Shown here in pieces: positions 56,986 to 64,000 of a DNA stretch of 64,000 bases. This stretch comes from Octopus vulgaris (taxonomy: Eukaryota): NCBI GenBank assembly GCA_951406725.2, contig OX597830.1:9920001-9984000 (forward strand), given 5' to 3'. The notes below the pieces were generated by a model, which made no database searches, had not been told where the DNA came from, and saw only the letters and a list, made by a program, of their open reading frames with translations. The translations under genes were made by a program, and so were the position numbers. Within the stretch, counting starts at the first letter, position 1, and the number at the start of each line of letters is the position of its first letter.

Positions 56986-57450
56986 TCTCCAAATGTCACA
57001 GTGATACAAAATTCTCTAAATGTGATGCTCTGTGATATAAATCTGAATTGATGAAATAGATATGATGGGGCAATAGATCTAAGGAATTAACCTGAATGCT
57101 TTATTATTATTGTTCTTTTTAGCTTTGTGTCGCAGGTCCAATTAGCTCTCTGCAGGAGCTATCCAAAAGTCCGCACGGAGCAGGCTTTTAAGTTAGTGAT
57201 GAATAAATAAAGAATATTAACTGACAAAAAGAAAGAGAATGAAAACAGCCTGTAACAGACGTTGTCGGTATATTCGAACATGCAACGTTTGCTAAGGAGG
57301 AATGCGAATGACAAGTTACTTGCGTACAGATTTACCTCCCCTTTACTGAAATGTACCTTGGTCACCAATTATCTCCCCTAGCTAACAAAATCTCTGACTC
57401 CAAATTGTATCCCAGACTCAAACTTTGTAAAGCGTTAACGAAACCGGTTA

Positions 57451-57900
57451 TTATGCTGGAAGACATATATGATCAGCTATAGCCGATTTATCAATATCTC
57501 CTCGTGTTAAAGCTTTGCGATGTTTGTCTACCCTTATTTTGAGGTGTCGGCATGTTTCGCCTTTGTATAATCTAACACCGTTGCATGAGATGGAGTCCAC
57601 GCAGTCTTTGGTAATATTCTCGTCTGTTGGTGGTTTTACTCTTGTATTACTCTTGAATACTGTCCTGATGTCAAATGGGCCGCATATCATTTTGTATCTT
57701 TTCGGAGAGGCCTTCAACATAGGGTAGACAGATTGTGGGCAGTTTATTGAGTTCATCCTCTCTTTTCTTCATAACTGGAGTGGATAGTATGTTTTGTTGT
57801 TGCTGTTGTTTTTATAGTTGTTGCTTAACAGATTGTTACTGAGCATTTCTTCGTGGTGGGTATCACGATCGCTACTTATATTCTTTGTCATTTCCCAAGT
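57451..57900 (-). pseudogene. Penelope-like element fragment: RT/linker end and GIY-YIG endonuclease
   Basis: FDIRTVFKSN..VKP..KDCVDSISCNGVRLYKGETCRHLKIRVDKHRKA..KSAIADH fits the PLE pattern VY.IPC..Y.GET.R.L..R..EH..SA.A.H. Confidence 0.85.
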
Positions 57901-57974
57901 TCATTTTCTATCATGAATTTGAAAGAAGGCGAGAATACAGAATTATATATATATGTATATATATATATATCCTT

Positions 57975-58230
57975 TCGTGGTACTCCGTCGGTTACAATGA
58001 CGAGTGTTCCAGTTGATCCGATTAGTGGAACAGCCTACTCGTGAAATTAACGTGCAAGTGGCTGAGCAAGCACTCCACAGTGAAAGAGTACAGCAGGGTT
58101 CACAACCGTAGCCTCGAGGAGCTTTAGTTGTTTTCACTCAATAAACACTCACAGCACCCGGTCTGGGAATCGAAACAGCGATCCTACTACCTGCGAGTCC
58201 GCTGCCTTAACCACTGGGCCATTGCGCCTC
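57975..58230 (-). mobile_element. SINE family C with internal deletion
   Basis: Matches both ends of 42341-42724; roughly 125 bp of the middle is missing. Confidence 0.88.
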
Positions 58231-58704
58231 TATTTATATATGTGTGTGTGATTGTGTGTGTGTGTGGGAGAGAGAGAGAGAGAGAGAGTGTGTATACATA
58301 TATATTTCTGTATACACATGAACAGATACTCATACTTAGGCACATATCGTTTTTTATGCATAATCGTATACATGCACGGGTTTGTTTTTTAAGCAGATGT
58401 TGGGTGGATATCGACTGGAAATTATGTATATATTTGCAATTATATCACAGGATAAAAGTACAACTGAAAATAATAGTCGCACATGTGTTCATATACACCG
58501 ACACACACCAATACCCCGCCACACACACACACACATATACACGCGCAATCACACACGTATGCACACAAATGCACACCTACACGTATCAGCGCGAACTGAC
58601 ACACACATATCTACAAATATATATATATATGTATGTGTGTGTGTGTGCGTGTGTGTGTATAAATATATATATATGTGTGTGTATGTGTGTGTGTATGTGT
58701 GTGC

Positions 58705-58741
<37 letters not shown>

Positions 58742-58742
<1 letters not shown>

Positions 58743-58875
58743 TTTATTTAAAAGCAGCAGAAAATTCAACAAAACCTGTTACTCTGAGTTTCACGTTCCC
58801 GTTCGTCGGACAGTTCGGGAACGGGAAATTCAGAGTAACAGGTTTTGTTGAATTTTCTGCTGCTTTTAAATAAAG
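58742..58875. repeat. Hairpin (~60-bp arms) in a (TA)n-flanked element
   Basis: CTTTATTTAAAAGCAGCAGAAAATTCAACAAAACCTGTTACTCTGA..CGTTCCCG and its reverse complement. Confidence 0.93.
58776..58813 (-). ncRNA. Minimal type I hammerhead-like motif (CCGACGA core variant)
   Basis: Minus strand CTGT CCGACGA ACG-GGAA-CGT GAAA CTC-A-GAG TA ACAG; all three stems pair. Confidence 0.65.
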
Positions 58876-58974
58876 CATATTACTCTACCATTGGTATTTG
58901 AGTACTCTTTTTTTCCACCTTGTTTCACATTTATGTGTTTACTCCGGTATATATATATATATATATAAATATGG

Positions 58975-59034
<60 letters not shown>

Positions 59035-59192
59035 TTGTGTCGGAAATTAATTAGCACTTCTCAAATTTCTACATTTTCTTACATTTTCTTAATTTAATTA
59101 ACTTATTATCAGAAACGAACTCGTTTTTAATCAAAAATTTATTAAAACATATCCCAGCACACTACATAATTGTTATTAATCGAGAAATTTAG

Positions 59193-60170
59193 TCAATATC
59201 TTGTTGCTCCTCCTTTGGCAGCAATGACAGCTGCTATGCGGGTCGGCATGCTGTCTATGAGTGCTTGCAGGTACTGTGCATTGATGCCCCCCCCCATGCA
59301 GCAAGAAGTGCCCCAAACAGCTCGTGTCGGTTCCTGTATTGCTGCACATTCAAATCCCTACCCAATCGACTCCAGAGATTCTCAATAGGGTTCAGGTCAG
59401 GTGACTGGCCAGGCCAGTCCATGACCGTCACCCCATGGTCACTTGAAGAAACCGGTTGTGAGCTTGGCTGTGGGAAGGCGCGTTGTCCTGCTGGAGCACG
59501 TACTCCTCGCCACCAAAGAGGTATCCCGTACTATCTCAACGTACTTTGCTGCGTTGATGTTGCCTTCGACGGCATAGAGCCGCCCAACACCACTGTAGCT
59601 GAACGCCCCTCACACCATCAGACCACCCCCACCATGCTTCATGGTGGGAGCAATGCAGTCTTTGTTGAAGCGCTCACCCCTGCGGCGTCGCACATGGAGA
59701 GGCTTGTCACTGACGAGACTGAATCGCAACTCGTCAGTGAACATCACTGTCTGCCACTGCTGCACGGTCCATGTCTTGTGGGCACGGGCCCAGAGCAGCT
59801 GCCTCTTCCGGTTTTGGGCGGCCCTACAGGATTTTAGACCAGCTTCCAGTAATCTGGTCTTGACGGTGGTTGTAGACAACTGCTTCCCTGTCATCTTTTG
59901 CATCTCCTCCGCCAGTTGCCGGGTCGTTGCCTTTCGGTTGTACAGTGACATTCGGATCATGATCCGGTCCTCCCGCTGGGTCGTCAGCCTCTTCCATCCC
60001 CTACCCTTTTTGTCAGCTGCTGATCCGGTTTCCTCGTATTTCTTAAATAAGCACTGAATTGTGCGCCTGGCTACACCAAGTTTTCTGGCTATTGCAACCT
60101 CCGACAGCTTCCCACGCCACGAGAGAGCCTCGTACCGTCTCTCCAAGGTCATGCGAGGTCTTGGGCCCAT
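59193..60170 (-). pseudogene. Tc1 transposase pseudogene
   Basis: MGPRPRMT.., GRGWKR, MFTDELRF, TMKHGGGGLMV*G (W to stop), QQDNAPSH, WPGQSPDLNPIENLW, SMPTRIAAVIAAKGGATRY*. 101 nt lie between the second D and the E codon, i.e. 34 codons less one base. Confidence 0.95.
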
Positions 60171-60330
60171 CTAGGAATGAACGATAAAAACCAGTTATTT
60201 TCATTAAAACTATTCATTTGAATAATGTTATGCTATAACAAAACTGCTATAAGTTATTATTCATTAAACAAAAAAAGAAAGAAAGCAGAATTTCTCACCT
60301 TATTTGATGTATAACAGAAAGTTTTGTGAA

Positions 60331-60345
60331 CCGGAAGTGACGTCA
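60331..60345 (+). promoter_or_regulatory. Overlapping ETS-CRE motif CCGGAAGTGACGTCA upstream of the Tc1 transposase
   Basis: Exact composite of ETS (CCGGAAGT) and full CRE (TGACGTCA), about 160 bp upstream of the ATG. Function untested. Confidence 0.55.
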
Positions 60346-60892
60346 CCAAGCAGAGTGTAGGAGAATTTGTGAGGGAAAAAAATCTTGCAAATACACAAAT
60401 CAATTAACCTACGAGCTGTTCAAAACGTCTTACGCGATGAGAAAACTTAGTATGGTGTGATTTCGGTCCTTGCGAGGCGCTACCTATATCTATTAAACAA
60501 AGGAAGATTTGTCTGCATCCGCACTCCAAGTTGTTGTTGCACTGCTATGTCAACATCATTAGGCTGTAGACTCTCAAACCGCTCTGCAAACAAAGTTACG
60601 TCATCGTTCTGCGCAACAGTGAACTCACAACAAAGCAATAGTTCGAGATATGGCCACTAGGTGACAGCAAATACCTTGAGTGAAGAGCAAATCAAGGGTG
60701 CTAATTAATTTCTGACGGTAGTGTATATATATTTATTAAAATTTTATGTATTGATTAAATCTTTCCTTGTTTGTTTTGCAAAATAGTGGTTTTGTCTCTA
60801 ATAATATTTTATAATATTTTACTATAAAATTGGATTTAATCCTAAATCTGATTTTTTTCCCTGTAATTTTGGATTTATTCCCTAATATTTAT

Positions 60893-60942
<50 letters not shown>

Positions 60943-61476
60943 TCATGTATGCATGGATATGTGTGTGTCCTAGTGTATATGTGGACGCTGGTATAGACAT
61001 GGTACAAGTGTGTTTATGCTCATACACACACGGACACACACACACACACACTCACAAACGAACACATATATACGTATGCATTGAAATACATTTGCGGAAT
61101 GTGCTATAAAAAGACGTACAAAGAAGTATAGATCTGTGTATTGTATAAGTCCAATGAAATATGTTGGCCGCGTATATGTAAATGTTCAACTCCCTCAGCT
61201 CTTAGAAGTTGATATGCCGAAATTGAGATTTTATTCTCATCTTCTCTGAGAATAAAATCTCTCCTCATACCTCCGGAAATTACACCTGCATTATTATGGA
61301 TGGATTTACCTTTTGTGTGAAGCTAACAATCTTTTTTAAAAACCTTTTATAAAACTGTGCATCATTAGAAAACATTTTAAGTCTGCTTACAATCTTACTT
61401 TGCTTTTCATAGAACTCTCTTCGATACTTCATGAGTGTAGCCTCACCCGCTAGGATGTTTGGAAAACTCATATGTG

Positions 61477-61567
61477 TTTTGGCTGATGAATACGGGACAT
61501 TTGTATTTACTGCAATATTTGCAGCTTTTAATAAAGCTGTTCTTCGTATGAAACAATTGTACTGAAC
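61477..61567 (+). ncRNA. Type I hammerhead motif, diverged member of the 12041 family (element about 61250-61600)
   Basis: TTTTGG CTGATGA ATACGGGACA..TGTTCTTCGTAT GAAA CAATTG TA CTGAA; stems retained by compensatory and wobble changes. Confidence 0.78.
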
Positions 61568-61655
61568 AACTAATCCATTCTTGTTGCTTTTTTCTTGTAT
61601 ATATATATATTTTTATATAAGTATACATACATACACAAACACACACACACACACA

Positions 61656-61735
<80 letters not shown>

Positions 61736-62012
61736 CCACTTATAAAATTAGTGTACTTTTAAACACAAAAGAGGCGAACCTTAACAGAGGCGACCAAGGT
61801 AAAAAGATTTTGTTTGACATTTCCTTCGAAATTGCTCTTGAATGTGGTTTTGGACGTCTTGACTGGCCCTTTTAGCATGTAAAGGTGCCTGTTAAGGGTA
61901 GCTTCTTTTGTCTTTAAATGTCCACTAATTTTATATGGTGAATATGCTGTCCATTGACTTTTTATACATGCTAGGTCACTGATAGCGAAATTTCTAAAAT
62001 TTGACTATCCTA

Positions 62013-62075
<63 letters not shown>

Positions 62076-62094
62076 CATTATTATTATTATTATT

Positions 62095-62492
62095 GAGTGA
62101 GAGAGCAGTTCATGCCATCAAAGTGACACTGGGGTAAAATATACGAAGCCCAATATACCCATCATGACTACCCGTCTGATAACAGCACATGACCTTGCAG
62201 GTGGGGCCCAGTTAGAATTTTCTTCTGGTCGGGTAGCCGATTTTGCTCAAAAGGTCCCTGAATAAGGTTTGTTTAAGGATGTTGAAAGAACCACCCATGT
62301 TTCCAGAGGTGAATTATTCAACCCCAAAAAATCCCTCTCAAAACATGGCTATGATGCTCCCCCACTACTTCTGCTCGTGATCAGAGATGCACTTATCGTC
62401 AGCCACTGAGGGACATGCTCAACTGGTTAAGGTCAAACAACTGACAAGCAAATCTGTGGTATTGAGCAGAATATTTGCGTAAGCCCATCTTT
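62095..62492. mobile_element. Unclassified ~400-bp complex insert embedded in an (ATT)n microsatellite
   Basis: Complex sequence of higher GC bounded on both sides by (ATT)n in the same orientation; single copy in this window. Confidence 0.5.
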
Positions 62493-62554
62493 TATACCAA
62501 GACAAAACAATGTACATGATAACACTTGCAATCAGTTAAGATCAGAAGCCTGTA

Positions 62555-62602
<48 letters not shown>

Positions 62603-63104
62603 TATTACTGCTTCCATAGAATACGACTGTATGCGGATATCGATTAGTTGCAGTTTACTGGATGTATTTTCTCAAAACTGGAAACCGGAGTGCAAAGCGT
62701 TTTCGAATTTAGCAAATATGAACACAATGGTATTACTAAACAGCTTGAACTCTCTGCAAGTGCAGATTCATCAAAATCCCGTTGGTTAAACCTTTATCTA
62801 AGGCGATTATTCAGCGAAATTATTTTTATTCCATAGTCGTTTCCGTTTGTACATCATTGTTAGTGGATTTCGCACCACGAACAGGGGCAATGTGACACAG
62901 AATATAAGGATTTAACATTCATGCATGATTGTGTGGTTAAGAGGGTCACTTTGTAATCAGGTAGCTGGAAGTTCGCATCCACTGTACAGCACTTTCAGCG
63001 AATGGCTTCTACTCTAGCCACGAAGCCGGCAAATATTTGCCCAGTGAGCAGATGTGATCGACTTTTGTAAGTCCATCGCATATGTATGTATATGTATGTG
63101 TACG

Positions 63105-63158
<54 letters not shown>

Positions 63159-63270
63159 ATATATATATATATATGTATATATGGAAAGTTTACGAAAAAA
63201 ACAAGAAACGAAGACAGGTTTTGTACAAAACAAACAGATGTATTAGTATAACGCTCAGGAATAGAAAAAG

Positions 63271-63308
63271 TCTTTTACGTTTCGAGCCTACGCTCTTCTA
63301 CAGAAAGA
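63271..63308 (-). ncRNA. Minimal type I hammerhead-like motif (CUGUAGA core variant) in a (TA)n-flanked element (about 63180-63530)
   Basis: Minus strand TCTTT CTGTAGA AGAGC-GTAG-GCTC GAAA CG TA AAAGA; 5-bp stem I and 4-bp stem II are perfect. Confidence 0.65.
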
Positions 63309-63702
63309 GACACATAAAAAAACAAGGAGAGAAAAAATGTGTGTAGTGTCTAACGATCTATCATGGCGACTAGTGCCGGACAGAAGGTGTCAGACAGGAG
63401 AGGGGAAAGTAGGGGAGATAACAAGGTAAAGGTGACCCCTAACACAAAGGTGCCCCCAAAACAAATGTGCGTGTTTGTATAAGAGAATATGTACGTGCGT
63501 GTGAAAGAGGGCTGGTGGTCTGGACGTGTATATATATAGATACATACATACACGACACACACAAATATATACACACAAACATATATATGTATAAATATAT
63601 ATACATGTCTCTGTGTATGTGCGTGTGCGTATATATATACGTACATACATTTATATATATGCATGTCTGTGTGTGTGAGGGTGCGTGTATGTATATATAT
63701 AT

Positions 63703-63930
63703 TCTTTTATTCTTTTACTTGTTTCAGTCATTTGACTGCGGCCATGCTGGAGCACTGCCTTTAGTCGAACAAATCGACCCCAGGACTTATTCTTTGTAAG
63801 CATAGTTCTTATTCTGTCGCTCCTTTTTGGCGAACCGCTAAGTTACGGGGAGGTAAACACGCCAGCGTCGGTTCTCAAGCGATGTTGGAGGGACAAACAC
63901 ACACACACAAACATATACACAGATACATAC
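63703..63930 (-). mobile_element. SINE family B, 3' half
   Basis: TTCTTTTACTTGTTTCAGTCATTTGACTGCGGCCATGCTGGAGCAC..; matches about 51045-51265. Confidence 0.9.
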
Positions 63931-64000
63931 ATATATATATATATATTTAAATGGATGACTGAATTATCCTTTGTTTACCGTTAACCTGGAAATTTCAATA

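Larger units (their letters stand above)
59032..60723 (-). mobile_element. Tc1-like (DD34E) DNA transposon, full length but decayed
   Basis: 26-bp imperfect TIRs CACTTGTGTCGGAAATTAATTAGCAC / GTGCTAATTAATTTCTGACGGTAGTG, TA on both sides, about 1.7 kb. Confidence 0.95.

Overview
AT-rich, microsatellite-saturated eukaryotic DNA, apparently intergenic or intronic. The repeat content ((TA)n, (TATC)n, (TAA)n, abundant tRNA-derived SINEs, Helitrons, CR1-type LINEs) resembles an octopus (coleoid cephalopod) genome; this is recognition from memory, not a search result. I cannot support any host protein-coding gene, and almost all supplied ORFs are translations of simple repeats. Supportable content: an internally deleted mariner (8154-8975); a decayed full-length Tc1 DD34E element (59032-60723); two non-autonomous Helitrons and a Helitron PIF1 helicase remnant; CR1-type RT fragments; a Penelope-like GIY-YIG fragment; an ORF1-only LINE-like element with a zinc knuckle; and at least four SINE families. 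Less obvious is a set of non-coding elements embedded in (TA)n tracts that carry type I hammerhead ribozyme folds (about ten complete motifs in six families, several with non-canonical cores). Several sit in long fold-back palindromes, and one has a terminal direct repeat (retrozyme-like or Penelope pseudo-LTR-like). One SINE family also shows repeated self-nesting at a fixed site and shares its 3' tail with the ORF1-only element. All folds and alignments were done by eye; boundaries of decayed repeats are approximate.
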